Assembly (NCBI GenBank): GCA_018817865.1
Contig: JAHITG010000292.1
Coordinates: 1-46,626, forward strand
Length of the DNA stretch: 46,626 bases
Reading direction: 5' to 3'
DNA from: Spirochaetota bacterium
Lineage (GTDB): Bacteria > Spirochaetota > JAHITG01
Made by a program: the position numbers and the translations under genes. Positions 1 through 9,855 of the stretch are shown in pieces (within the stretch, counting starts at the first letter, position 1; each line of letters starts with the position of its first letter). A model generated the notes under the pieces. That model was not told the DNA's origin, searched no databases, and worked only from the letters and a program-made list of their open reading frames with translations.

Positions 1-2522
1 CTGACATTATCGATGGGTATATTATCCTCTATTTCATAATAATCCGCTTTTTGAATTTTCAGATGATGAAGGGCTTTCTTTTCCGATGAGATATTCAGGG
101 GTGAGAGGCCCTTTAATTTGTTGTTAATATAAATATTTGCCTTATCCGGTACTGTTTTGATCATGATCTTATTCAGGCCCGGAATTTCTTTAAATTTGAT
201 CAGGAGGAAATCCTGTGCTCCTGTTCCTTTTGAGGATGTTGACCCACTGATCATATATTCTGATTTATTGATCTGTTTAATGGTGCTGACCGACTCTTTT
301 GCATCACCCCCGTAAGTTTTATTCCAGATCATTTCACCTCTTTCCGAGAGCTTCATGATCCAGATATCCCAATTGCCCGCCCCCTTTGAAAAGATCGTTC
401 CTGCAACAACAAAACCCTTGTCAAAGGTCTGTTCTACCGAATATGCCGTGTCAACCAGGCTTCTGTCATACTGCTTATCCCATAGAATGGCACCATTTGC
501 ACTCAAGCGGATAATCCTGATATCCGACTCACCGGACTTTGTATAGGAATAACCTGCCATAATATATCCGCCGCGTTCGGTTTCTCTGATCGCGTGTACT
601 CCATCGTGGTAGGGGCCTCCAAAGGTCTTTTCCCAGATCAGTTGGCCCTTACTGTTCAATTTGATGATCCAGATATCACTTTCACCGTTTCCTTTTGAAT
701 AGGTATGCCCGGCAATGATATAACCATCTTCTTTTGTCTGGCTTATGGAGAAGGCTTCATCATCCGCATCTCCCCCAAAAGTTTTATCCCATTCTTTTAC
801 TCCTTTCCGGTTTAATTTGATGATCCAGATATCGCTTCCTCCCTTTCCATGGGAGAGGGTTGTTCCGGCAATAATGAATCCGTTGTCTCTGGTTGACAGG
901 ATGGATATTCCCTTATCATCCTGTTTTCCCCCGAACGTTTTTTCCCAGAGTTTAAAGCCCTTATAATTCAATTTCAGTACCCAGACATCTGCTTTTCCTT
1001 GTCCTTTCGAACGGGTATAACCTGTCGCGATGATCATTCCGTCAGGAGCTATCTGGATGGAATTGATCTGATCATCGCTGTTCCCGCCATAGGTCCTGCC
1101 CCATTGTAAAGAGCCGTTTTTATTTATTCCTGCGATAAGGGCATCTCTCATATTCTTTCCTTTTGATTCCGTAAAACCGGCTGCAATAAAATCGTCATTT
1201 TCTGTACTGCATATAGAAAGGATCGCTTCCTCTTTTTCCGATCCGTAGATCTTGTCCCACAGGAGGTAAAATTTCATATCTTCTTTTGGCTTTTTATAGG
1301 ATGAAATATCGAATTTACTGAATATTTCCGGTTTAGCGGGCCGGTAATTCCCGTCATTGTCGGTTTTTAGTATCCATGCATCCTGTACTTCCGCTTCCGG
1401 GGAGATAGAATATCCTGCTGCAATAAATCCGTCATCAGTAGATGCTATCGAAAGGATCTCGTCATCGTTCAGATCACCGTAGGTGCGGTCCCATAGTATT
1501 TTTCCATTGTTATCTATTTTAACCATCCAGCCGTCCTTATTATTAAGGCCTTTTGACCTGGTATACCCGGTAAAGACATACTCTTCATTTCCGGTTTCTA
1601 TGACAGATGCGGCATCATCCCAGTTTTTTCCTCCATATACCCTGTCCCATAATTTTTTTCCTCTTCTGTCCAGTTTAAGGATCCAGGCACTGCTTTTACC
1701 GGAATCACTGCGGTAGGTATACCCGGCGACAATGTAATTGGTCCTTGAAGTCTCGATGATCGAATTAGCAGAATCCCAGTACAGGTTACCGTATTTTTTC
1801 TCCCATAATTTTTTAAAGGTTTTATTGAATTTAACGATCCATATATCCTTTAAACCCGTTTTTTTCGTTTCGGTTACACCTGCAATAATATATCCTTTAT
1901 CGTATGTCTTTTTTATGGAATAACCTGCATTCCAGTTATTACCGCCAAGTGTTTTATTCATGATCACATGCCCTTTGGTATTCAGCTCCAGTATCCATAA
2001 ATATGATTTTTTCTTTTTCTGAAAAAAGATTGATCCTACAATAATATAGTTTCCATTGGTTTTAATAATAACATCATTTACCTCATTATCATCCCCGTAA
2101 TTGAAATACTTTCTCCAGACCAGTTTTCCGTTTTTATCCAGTTTCAGCACCTGTGCCATGCGTCCCATCGCATGTTTGGATATCGTCTCCCCGATAACAA
2201 CATAACCCTTATCACTGGTCGGCAAGATCGAATTAGCTTTATCCCAGGCTTTACTGCCATAAGTTTTTTCCCAAATTATTTTTCCATATCTATTTAACCT
2301 TGTGATCCAAATATCGCTTTCTGTTTTAGTAGCCTTATAGCCTGCGGTAATGTATCCGCTGGTTTTTAAGACCCGGATGGACGTGATCTGTTCAAAGTGA
2401 TCATTGAGCAGTATTTTACTGAAACAGATCGTTTTTTCCCTGGAATTAAGCGAATTAGCCCTGATCATGATCAAGATAACCAATATCAGAATGGATAAAA
2501 TATAATAGGCTTTTTTATTCAT
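1..2522 (-). CDS. Secreted beta-propeller-type repeat protein (~13 tandem ~60-aa repeats) with C-terminal PEGA-like domain; C-terminus truncated by window edge
   Basis: Absent from the ORF track because it is open at the edge. My reverse-strand translation starts at ATG (complement of 2520-2522): MNKKAYYILSILILVILIM (signal/anchor). Repeats follow, such as DIWITRLNRYGKIIWEKTYGS, DIWIIKLNRKGVKEWDKTFGG, DIWIIKLNSKGQLIWEKTFGG and DIWIMKLSERGEMIWNKTYGG. The last residues in the window, IKTVPDKANIYINNKLKGLSPLNISSEKKALHHLKIQKADYYEIEDNIPIDNV, fit the PEGA pattern. I spot-translated the frame at both ends and mid-gene and saw no stop. Confidence 0.85.
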   Translation of the reverse strand, partial: MNKKAYYILSILILVILIMIRANSLNSREKTICFSKILLNDHFEQITSIRVLKTSGYITAGYKATKTESDIWITRLNRYGKIIWEKTYGSKAWDKANSILPTSDKGYVVIGETISKHAMGRMAQVLKLDKNGKLVWRKYFNYGDDNEVNDVIIKTNGNYIIVGSIFFQKKKKSYLWILELNTKGHVIMNKTLGGNNWNAGYSIKKTYDKGYIIAGVTETKKTGLKDIWIVKFNKTFKKLWEKKYGNLYWDSANSIIETSRTNYIVAGYTYRSDSGKSSAWILKLDRRGKKLWDRVYGGKNWDDAASVIETGNEEYVFTGYTRSKGLNNKDGWMVKIDNNGKILWDRTYGDLNDDEILSIASTDDGFIAAGYSISPEAEVQDAWILKTDNDGNYRPAKPEIFSKFDISSYKKPKEDMKFYLLWDKIYGSEKEEAILSICSTENDDFIAAGFTESKGKNMRDALIAGINKNGSLQWGRTYGGNSDDQINSIQIAPDGMIIATGYTRSKGQGKADVWVLKLNYKGFKLWEKTFGGKQDDKGISILSTRDNGFIIAGTTLSHGKGGSDIWIIKLNRKGVKEWDKTFGGDADDEAFSISQTKEDGYIIAGHTYSKGNGESDIWIIKLNSKGQLIWEKTFGGPYHDGVHAIRETERGGYIMAGYSYTKSGESDIRIIRLSANGAILWDKQYDRSLVDTAYSVEQTFDKGFVVAGTIFSKGAGNWDIWIMKLSERGEMIWNKTYGGDAKESVSTIKQINKSEYMISGSTSSKGTGAQDFLLIKFKEIPGLNKIMIKTVPDKANIYINNKLKGLSPLNISSEKKALHHLKIQKADYYEIEDNIPIDNV

Positions 2523-2668
2523 AAAAAATTCCCGAAATATTAGAATACCAATTATACTAATATTTCATAATAAAGCAACTTCTTTTATTGAATCAAATTA
2601 ATTTTTGACAAAATAAACCATATCAGTACATTAACTATATATTTTATCAAGTGGTAAGGAGTGCATTT

Positions 2669-3178
2669 ATGAGCAGTTTTCAGAAAATAAATGCTGAGCA
2701 GCTTCATAATAATTTTTTTAAAGCCATAGGCCGGGAATGGATGCTGTTAACGGCCGGAACAGAGAAGTCTTATAATGCCATGACAGCGGGTTGGGGAACT
2801 ATGGGCGTATTATGGAGGTTGAATGTCTGTATCTGTTTTGTCAGGCCAAGCCGTTATACATATGAATTAATGGAAAAAAATGAGTATTTTACACTCTCTT
2901 TTTTTGAGAAGAAACACAGGGAGCTGTTAACCTATTTCGGAACCGTATCCGGCCGGCAGGAAGATAAAATAAAAAAGGCACAAGTAAATCCTGTGATCGG
3001 TGAGACAGGTGCAGTCTATTTTGATGAGGCCAGCCTTGTATTCGAGTGCAAAAAGATTTACGCGGATAATATTGATCCGAAGCATTTTATTGATAAGGGA
3101 CTTATGAATAATTATCCCGGTGCGGATTATCACAGATTCTATGTTGGTGAGATCAGAAATTGTCTAAAAAAAGCTTAA
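2669..3178 (+). CDS. Flavin reductase-like (FMN-binding split-barrel) protein, 169 aa
   Basis: The track ORF 2651-3178 starts at GTG. The ATG at 2669 is preferred because AAGGAG lies at 2656-2661. The sequence (WMLLTAGTEKSYNAMTAGWGTMGVLW...CFVRPSRYTYELMEKNEYFTLSFF...GRQEDKIKKAQV) matches my recollection of the flavin reductase-like domain family. Confidence 0.6.
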   Translation: MSSFQKINAEQLHNNFFKAIGREWMLLTAGTEKSYNAMTAGWGTMGVLWRLNVCICFVRPSRYTYELMEKNEYFTLSFFEKKHRELLTYFGTVSGRQEDKIKKAQVNPVIGETGAVYFDEASLVFECKKIYADNIDPKHFIDKGLMNNYPGADYHRFYVGEIRNCLKKA

Positions 3179-3195
3179 GAAGCTTACCTTATAGT

Positions 3196-3804
3196 TTATT
3201 CCTTCCTATTCCCTTTTTTGAGTTCTTCGTTGATGAATTTGATCAATATCTTACGCCGGATCTCGGATAATTGAAACTGGATGCCATAGTTAGAAAACGA
3301 TCTGTCTTCAGGCTTTATCCAGACGATCTTTCCGGGGACATCCTCCATTAATTTTTCGTTTGGAAGCGAAAATGCCAGTTTAACCAGATCTCCTTGTTTA
3401 CGCCCTATTTTTGCTGTGACCATGGCCCCGCCTGCGCTGAGATCAGCAATAATACATTGAGTCCTGTTGATCCCTTCGAAATCATATATAGCCGCAGTTA
3501 TCTTAGCATTGATCCTCGGAAAGGAACGGTTGAATATCTTCTTTAAAGTTGTGGGACGGGAGATGTCCAGTAAATTTTCTTTATTTTGTTTAGAGTTCAG
3601 GGCTACTGATTTGAATTCATACGTTGCTTGATCATCCCAGAAGTTTATAAAGAGTATCGTATTTTTTTCAATGATAATATTATTTATAGGGATATAGATG
3701 GTGATACATTCCGGAGTTATTTTTTGGATCAGGGCCTGGAGTTTTTCACCATTCAGGATCTTATCGGAATAGATAACAATGCCCTGTTGAGTCTTTAATC
3801 CCAT
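3196..3804 (-). CDS. PilZ domain (c-di-GMP receptor-type) protein with YcgR-like N-terminal half
   Basis: Both PilZ signatures are present: RSFPR (RxxxR) followed by DLSAGG (DxSxxG). The C-terminal beta-barrel-like segment reads GKIVWIKPE...YGIQF. Confidence 0.8.
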   Translation of the reverse strand: MGLKTQQGIVIYSDKILNGEKLQALIQKITPECITIYIPINNIIIEKNTILFINFWDDQATYEFKSVALNSKQNKENLLDISRPTTLKKIFNRSFPRINAKITAAIYDFEGINRTQCIIADLSAGGAMVTAKIGRKQGDLVKLAFSLPNEKLMEDVPGKIVWIKPEDRSFSNYGIQFQLSEIRRKILIKFINEELKKGNRKE

Positions 3805-3806
3805 GT

Positions 3807-4019
3807 TTATTCCTTTATCAGTTTTTTGAAGGCCTTTTTATCTTTTTTATAGAGCTCTTCGTCTTTTTTCGCTTCAGTTTCAGTGTCTCTCCATGGGCCG
3901 CATAGGATTTCGACTTCATTATTGTCTTTATTCTTTATATACATGTGATTGTCCGAGTGCTCTTTAACAGAGTCTTCTTTAATGACTTTTTTAATTGTAA
4001 AACAGAAACTGTATTTCAT
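3807..4019 (-). CDS. Small hypothetical protein (70 aa from ATG; track ORF starts at TTG 4028)
   Basis: The ORF stops 2 nt upstream of the PilZ start, so the two may be co-transcribed. It has a Lys/Glu-rich tail, no recognisable motif and a weak RBS. Confidence 0.3.
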   Translation of the reverse strand: MKYSFCFTIKKVIKEDSVKEHSDNHMYIKNKDNNEVEILCGPWRDTETEAKKDEELYKKDKKAFKKLIKE

Positions 4020-4129
4020 AATACTCAATTATATATAATTATTTTTAATAGTCAAGTATATGCCCTAAGGATGTGTGAGTATGCAGGAGATCGTTACGGG
4101 TATTATTATTTACAGAAGCAGGATACCAA

Positions 4130-4217
4130 AGAAAAGGGGACGGTGCGTGACATTGTGACATTTTAGTTAAAGGAATACTAGAATGATGTCACAATGTCAC
4201 GCACCGTCCCCTTTTCT
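4130..4217. repeat. Perfect palindrome (30-bp arms 4131-4160 / 4187-4216, 26-nt spacer) built from a repeat family also present at 44.0 and 46.5 kb; likely doubles as a bidirectional terminator
   Basis: The left arm GAAAAGGGGACGGTGCGTGACATTGTGACA is the exact reverse complement of 4187-4216. T-rich tracts follow the hairpin on both strands. It lies just downstream of the metallophosphoesterase stop at 4262. Confidence 0.85.
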
Positions 4218-4261
4218 GTACCCTTTTCTGTAAGGATGGATCATCCTCACATTAAGCGCGA

Positions 4262-5227
4262 TCATTTTTTCACTTTATAATTGAAGGTGTCTACAGTTTT
4301 AATAGAGCCGTTTTCATCAAAGACTTTCATTTCCATACTGATGCTTGATCCGTCGACTTCAACAACCATATAGCCATACTTTTCCGAATGCGCGACCTGA
4401 ATGACATCCGGCTCTCTGTACTGCCTGGAATGCCAAACTCGCAGGGGAGCTCCGGCAGTGCCGACAATAAACTGGTGAAACCATAATTCATCCTGAAATT
4501 CTATTTTTGCATGATCATACCAGTGATCATGTCCGCAGAAATAAATTATACCGCCAGCACCCAGTATACTTTCTACAAAGGTGTCTCTTGCTTTTTCATG
4601 AATGGCTAAGGCATCATAATGACCACCCTCCAGTGTGTATGCCGGTTCATGTGCATATAAAAAAACATGAGGGAGAGAATTTTTTTTAAGTTGCTTATCA
4701 AGCCATTTTTGATTGACTTTGCTCCTGTCAATATAAGTGTCCAGTCCGATAAAAAATGCATTTTGGTTAGTGAATGAATAAGTGATATTCTTTTCTCCCT
4801 CCGGACCGTTTGACGGCAGGGCATATTTTCCCATAAAGACATCGTTCCATGCCCTTTCGGGATATTCATCTTTTACAAGGTCATGGTTCCCCCTTACAGG
4901 ATAGACTTTTATATTCTTTTTATGTAAAGGCTCCATAAATGACCGCCTCCAGTTGAGAAGCTGCTGAACTGTCTCTTCATAATCCACATATCCATTAACA
5001 AGGTCACCGGGGAAGAGAACAAGCGTTGGATTCTCTTTTATGATCTGCCTGGCAAGGGTCCTCACCACTTCTTCATTGATCCCGTTTTGATAACCTCTGC
5101 TGTCCCCGGTTACAATAAAGCTCCAGCGTTCAGGTTCTTTTGCATTTAGACCGGTTGGAAATGACAGGAACCATATTAACAGAAAAAAAGCCATGATCCG
5201 GATAACTGCTTTAAGTTGTTTTGACAT
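4262..5227 (-). CDS. Secreted calcineurin-like metallophosphoesterase, 321 aa
   Basis: Motifs seen: TGDSRG, PGDLVNG, RGNHD, AHEP and CGHDHW. There is an N-terminal signal-like helix. The start is set at the internal ATG (complement 5225-5227) because AAGGAGGAAG precedes it; the track start at 5275 lacks an RBS. Confidence 0.8.
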   Translation of the reverse strand: MSKQLKAVIRIMAFFLLIWFLSFPTGLNAKEPERWSFIVTGDSRGYQNGINEEVVRTLARQIIKENPTLVLFPGDLVNGYVDYEETVQQLLNWRRSFMEPLHKKNIKVYPVRGNHDLVKDEYPERAWNDVFMGKYALPSNGPEGEKNITYSFTNQNAFFIGLDTYIDRSKVNQKWLDKQLKKNSLPHVFLYAHEPAYTLEGGHYDALAIHEKARDTFVESILGAGGIIYFCGHDHWYDHAKIEFQDELWFHQFIVGTAGAPLRVWHSRQYREPDVIQVAHSEKYGYMVVEVDGSSISMEMKVFDENGSIKTVDTFNYKVKK

Positions 5228-5403
5228 GCACTTCCTCCTTAAAATATAGGATATCACAATAAATATTAATGTCAACAGAAAGCAGTACGGCTCTTTCTTC
5301 TTTAATTATTACAGAAGATATTTTTTTAACCGAATTTAATAATAGGTATAATTATCTGTTTACATTTTATTGAACCTGAAAAGAGTATATAAGGAGGCTG
5401 GAA

Positions 5404-8400
5404 ATGACAGTTTATAAAAGAATTTTCAGTTTTATGGGAATAATATGGATTTTGTTGCTTTTATCTTCTTCAGTTTTTTCCCAGGAAGAGCACAATAAAT
5501 ATTTTCAAGCCGGTTTGCAGAATTACCAGAATAAAAAGTATGATGCAGCTATTAGGGCGTATTCCATGGCACTTCAGTTTGAAAAGGACGATCCCCGGAT
5601 CTATATCAACCTGGCTGATGCCTGTCTGAAATACATCCATTCAATGAAATTGAATTATAAGAGGAATTCAGCTCTTATTAAAAAACAATTCGACATGGCT
5701 GATGCCTGTTTGAAGATGGGAGAGCATAAGATAATACTATATGAATCAGGAACATCTACAGCTATCGGAAAGAAGATAAACACGGGTTTGTTAAGAACCA
5801 GATCTAAGACTTTAAAACAGTCGATGGTTTCATTGAAACGAGAAATGAAAGATGTTATAGATGAAAAGAAGGAACCTACGGTCATTGCTGTATCTGTTCC
5901 GGAAAAAAAGGAGCAGACAGGTCCTGAAATGCATCAAGAAAAGAAAGATCAGGCCATTACCAATAAAAGTAATTTTCAAAAAAGAGTTATAGGTATTACT
6001 CGGAATAAGGAGGCAAAAGATGATAACCGTCAAAAGGCCATCATGCAATCACAGTTTGATCTTCTGATCGCAAGTAATGAACGATTATATGATGAAAATA
6101 GAAGATATCAGGATCGACTTCAAGCTATTCAAGAGCAGATCGCTCATTTGAACGAGGAAATTTCAAATAGAGATGCTGCTCTTCATCCGGGTCCGTCACA
6201 AGAGATGACATCTGAAGAGTTTAAAGTGAAGAATGAGGCAATGCAATTACAGATACATGATCTTGAGATCAACATTGAGAATCAGAAAAAAGCATATGAA
6301 GATGAGATCAAACGGATGGAAGGGAGTAATCAGAGTTTGAGTAATTATCTTTCACATAAGATCTTGTTATTAAAAGAAGAAGTAGAAGACAGGAAGAAGT
6401 ATTACGCTTTAGAGCATCAGAAGCTTTTCAAGAATGAGCAAAAAGTGATCATGAATGATAATGATTATCAGAAAAAAATAAATGACCTGCAGGCAAAGTT
6501 ATCTTATCAGGAGAAGATGTATTGGGACCATACACAGCAGTTAGAACGAAATATTGAGGAGATCAGTAATGAGTCCCGGCTGGTAATAGAAAATTTTCAG
6601 AATGAATTGCATTCTCAAAAGAAGTCTTTTGAGCAACAACTGGCAAAAAATCAGGAAGGATCACAAAAAATGAATGATCAGTATCAACAGTCTATTAGTA
6701 ATTTAAATGAAAAGTTTAATAATCAGGAAATGATCCTATTAAATAGAGTTGTAGAGATGAGTAACCAGATGCAGAGGCAGACTGCAGGATTGAAGAAGGG
6801 TAATAATGATCAGAAAACCTTTTATGAACGAAAGCTTAAAAAGTTGAAAGAGATCCATTATGATGATAAGAATAAGTTACAGATTTTATCAGGAGAATTG
6901 GAAAAAAGAATACAGGAGCAAAAAAAAGGGTATTCTAAAAAAATTGATGAAAAAGAAGAGAAGTATGATTCATTGATCAAGCAGCAGGAAAAAGAGATTG
7001 AAAAATTACAGGAAGAAGCAGAAAATCTTGAAGAAGAGAAAAAAATGATCACAGAAAAAGCCGATGAAGAGCGGGAGCTGTTCCAGAAGAACAAGAAGAA
7101 GTATAATGAGATCAGTGAAATGAATAAAGATCTTTTTCAGGAGAGTCTTCAATATCAGATAAAAATTATTAATTTAGAAAAAGACCTTTCTGAGTTCAGA
7201 CAAAGGAGTGCAGTAGTTCAGGAATATAACAGTGGATTGGAAGGGGAGAACCAGGTCCTTAAGAAAGAGAGCTTGAAATATTCTGAAGAGAAAGAAGAGT
7301 TAGAGAAAAAATTAAAGACAACCGAGTCGCTTTATTATGATCAGCTCACAAAGAAGAATCTGCAGATCAGTACACTTGGATCGGAATATGAAGAGAAGTT
7401 GAAAAAACTCGCGGATGAACATGAAAAAGAGATCTCATTATATAAAAAGAGGGATGGGAATAATATTATTACCCTTTCCCGATATGAGAAAGAAGTTAAC
7501 AAATTAAAGCAGGAACTAAGTGATGTAAAAACATCGCTAAAAGGGGAGAAGAAGCAAATTCAGATCACAATAAAGCGTTATAAGAAGTTAAAGACAAAAA
7601 ACACAGATCAACTCAGGAAGTTACAGCAGCTAAGTGAAGCTCTGAAAGCAGAAGAGAAGAAGAACACGGATATTGTGGAACAGCTGGCACAATATGATAA
7701 AGAGAACAGGGAGCTTGATCAGAAATATAATAATAAAAGTGAAAAAGAAAAAGAGCTTCTTAAATATCAACAGAGGAATATGATTAGATTACAAGAAAAG
7801 GATCTGAAGATCGAACAGCTGAAAAATAATATCATGGAATTAAATAATAAGAATTTAACTCTGCAAAAAGATATTGATCTCTATTTAAACCAGGACCACG
7901 GCCATAAGATAGAAACATTAAAGGTTGAACTGGCAGGCATGAGGGGTCGATACGAGGAACTGCAGAAGGAAGCCGCAGTATTAAAGGCCTTCACAGCACA
8001 AAAGGCAAAAAATTATCGTAAAATGATCATTCAAAATGAAGAACAGAGTAAGAAAATATCCGGTTATAGTGAAAAGATCAAAGAATTGTTCTCAGATAAT
8101 CGGCTATTAAAACATGATGTGCTTCTGGTGAATAAAGAGATCAGACAGTTGAAGATGAACTCCCGCTCCGGAGATGGTCTTCAGGATAGTAAGAAACAAA
8201 AGATCACGCAGGATCCTGATGAGAATGAAAATGAAAATGCGATCGAAAAAAAGGAAGTCTTTCTGTTAAAAGATTCCGGTGGGAATGAAGTAGTTAAAGT
8301 TCCGATACTTTGTTATCATTCGTTTGATACTAAGGGTCCGTATTCTGTCTCTGGAGAACAGTTCCGAAAACAGATGGAATACCTGCATAAAAATAATTAT

Positions 8401-8979
8401 AATGTGATCAGCCTGGATGATGTGGTCCTCCATATAAAATATAAGATACCTTTTAAAGGAAAAGTATGTGCCATCACTTTTGATGACGGTTACAGGTCTG
8501 TTTATGATACTGCTTTTCCCATATTAAAAAAATATGGCTTTTCGGCAACTTTATTTTTATATACGAACGGATTTATTAATATTTACCCGGGGGCTTTAAG
8601 CTGGGATCAGATCAGGGAAATGATGAAACATAACATTACACCTCAGTCACATTCCCACAGCCATCCATGGCTTCATAAACGAAAAAAAGGGGAGCAGTAT
8701 AAGTTATACCTCGAAAGAGTAAAATGGGAGCTGGAGGCTTCAAAAGTGCTTCTCGAGAGCAAACTCCAAACATCCATAGGCTATTTTGCTTTTCCTTTTG
8801 GCGGATATAGTAAAGATGTTATAAAACTGGCACAAAAAGCCGGATATAAAGCTCTTTTTAATGTTGATATGGGTATCCCTAAAATTACAGATGATAAATT
8901 TAATTTAAAGAGGATCACGATATGCAGTGATTATAGTATGCGGATATTTAAAAAATTGTTAAAGCAGGGTTCGTTTTAA
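5404..8979 (+). CDS. 1191-aa fusion: signal peptide + TPR-like segment + ~900-aa K/E/Q-rich coiled coil + C-terminal NodB-type polysaccharide deacetylase
   Basis: The RBS is TAAGGAGG. The N-terminus reads MTVYKRIFSFMGIIWILLLLSSSVFS. There is a long heptad-like K/E/Q/L-rich middle region. The C-terminus has VPILCYHSF, ITFDDGYRS, SHSHSHPW and FAFPFGGYS, which are the deacetylase metal and catalytic motifs. Confidence 0.8.
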   Translation: MTVYKRIFSFMGIIWILLLLSSSVFSQEEHNKYFQAGLQNYQNKKYDAAIRAYSMALQFEKDDPRIYINLADACLKYIHSMKLNYKRNSALIKKQFDMADACLKMGEHKIILYESGTSTAIGKKINTGLLRTRSKTLKQSMVSLKREMKDVIDEKKEPTVIAVSVPEKKEQTGPEMHQEKKDQAITNKSNFQKRVIGITRNKEAKDDNRQKAIMQSQFDLLIASNERLYDENRRYQDRLQAIQEQIAHLNEEISNRDAALHPGPSQEMTSEEFKVKNEAMQLQIHDLEINIENQKKAYEDEIKRMEGSNQSLSNYLSHKILLLKEEVEDRKKYYALEHQKLFKNEQKVIMNDNDYQKKINDLQAKLSYQEKMYWDHTQQLERNIEEISNESRLVIENFQNELHSQKKSFEQQLAKNQEGSQKMNDQYQQSISNLNEKFNNQEMILLNRVVEMSNQMQRQTAGLKKGNNDQKTFYERKLKKLKEIHYDDKNKLQILSGELEKRIQEQKKGYSKKIDEKEEKYDSLIKQQEKEIEKLQEEAENLEEEKKMITEKADEERELFQKNKKKYNEISEMNKDLFQESLQYQIKIINLEKDLSEFRQRSAVVQEYNSGLEGENQVLKKESLKYSEEKEELEKKLKTTESLYYDQLTKKNLQISTLGSEYEEKLKKLADEHEKEISLYKKRDGNNIITLSRYEKEVNKLKQELSDVKTSLKGEKKQIQITIKRYKKLKTKNTDQLRKLQQLSEALKAEEKKNTDIVEQLAQYDKENRELDQKYNNKSEKEKELLKYQQRNMIRLQEKDLKIEQLKNNIMELNNKNLTLQKDIDLYLNQDHGHKIETLKVELAGMRGRYEELQKEAAVLKAFTAQKAKNYRKMIIQNEEQSKKISGYSEKIKELFSDNRLLKHDVLLVNKEIRQLKMNSRSGDGLQDSKKQKITQDPDENENENAIEKKEVFLLKDSGGNEVVKVPILCYHSFDTKGPYSVSGEQFRKQMEYLHKNNYNVISLDDVVLHIKYKIPFKGKVCAITFDDGYRSVYDTAFPILKKYGFSATLFLYTNGFINIYPGALSWDQIREMMKHNITPQSHSHSHPWLHKRKKGEQYKLYLERVKWELEASKVLLESKLQTSIGYFAFPFGGYSKDVIKLAQKAGYKALFNVDMGIPKITDDKFNLKRITICSDYSMRIFKKLLKQGSF

Positions 8980-9010
8980 AGATCGCAAAAAGGAGAATCA
9001 TTTAAAAGTA

Positions 9011-9751
9011 ATGAGTAAAAAACTGACACACAAAGAGATCAAGGAGATCATCCAAAAACTATCAGACCAGTATGAAGAATATGCTGTGTCCTATGGAAAG
9101 GGATTTTTTGATAAAAAAGCATTTGAAGATCGGTACATGGAAGCTTTAAAGAGCGATAGCAATCTGGAGTCTTTTGCCTATGCTGAGGTCTCTTTTTTCG
9201 AAGATCTGAAAAAGAAGTTTGACAGGATACAGGAGGAGAAACGGATCCGGATCGAGAAGCCGTTTACCAGAAAGGTTGAAAAGTATATAGAAGAGCTGGA
9301 AAAAAGATGGCTGAAGTATCCCGAATTGTTTGCAGCATCGGAACTTTCGGATGAAGCGAAATATTTTTGCGGGGCCATTCAGGAATTTTATCATCTTTGC
9401 TGGCTTCCCCTTGAGAAGGGTGCCTTCGGCAGAGTCGGAGCAAAGGTGCTGCTAAGATACAATAGTCTTACTGAAACCATGCAGTCTTTTATTTTGTCAA
9501 TTTCAGAGAAGTTTCCCTATGAAGTCGAACGATACGGATTGAACCTTTCGAAATACGGCGTGGAAAAAACGCATATGATCTTTTTAAAAGAAGGAGCACT
9601 GTTACTGAAAGAGATCAGGATATTCTTTAAAACAATTGAGCAGGTTCATGATGACATTTCAGAAGAACTTAAAAATTCAGAAATCTTCCTTAAAGCAAAA
9701 AAGATGCTTGATCAGATCATATATGATTTCAGGCTTTCCAGTTTGATCTGA
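9011..9751 (+). CDS. Hypothetical cytoplasmic protein, 246 aa
   Basis: Clean ORF with an AAAGGAG-type RBS. No signal peptide and no motif I recognise. Confidence 0.5.
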   Translation: MSKKLTHKEIKEIIQKLSDQYEEYAVSYGKGFFDKKAFEDRYMEALKSDSNLESFAYAEVSFFEDLKKKFDRIQEEKRIRIEKPFTRKVEKYIEELEKRWLKYPELFAASELSDEAKYFCGAIQEFYHLCWLPLEKGAFGRVGAKVLLRYNSLTETMQSFILSISEKFPYEVERYGLNLSKYGVEKTHMIFLKEGALLLKEIRIFFKTIEQVHDDISEELKNSEIFLKAKKMLDQIIYDFRLSSLI

Positions 9752-9855
9752 TCAATGGTCTTCATGCCGCCATTTTTTCATATAATACATATAATAAAAG
9801 TATAATAAGTTGAAAATGAAAAAATCGAAATTATATTTGTGTTTAAGGTATGATA

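Noticed and set aside
355-1923. Four plus-strand ORFs of 61-77 aa in the track (355-546, 745-966, 1483-1716, 1738-1923)
   Set aside because: They lie antisense inside the long minus-strand repeat-protein gene (1-2522). They have proline/serine/leucine-rich composition and no RBS.
4130-4217. Palindrome as an integron attC site or a CRP-type (TGTGA-N6-TCACA) operator
   Set aside because: There are no RYYYAAC/GTTRRRY core sites at the ends and no integron integrase nearby. The TGTGACA/TGTCACA halves are about 26 nt apart, not 6.
5800-8200. Purine-rich low-complexity DNA of the coiled-coil gene, considered as a tandem-repeat or CRISPR-like array
   Set aside because: There are no regularly spaced identical repeats. 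The bias is explained by K/E/Q codon usage in a continuous ORF.
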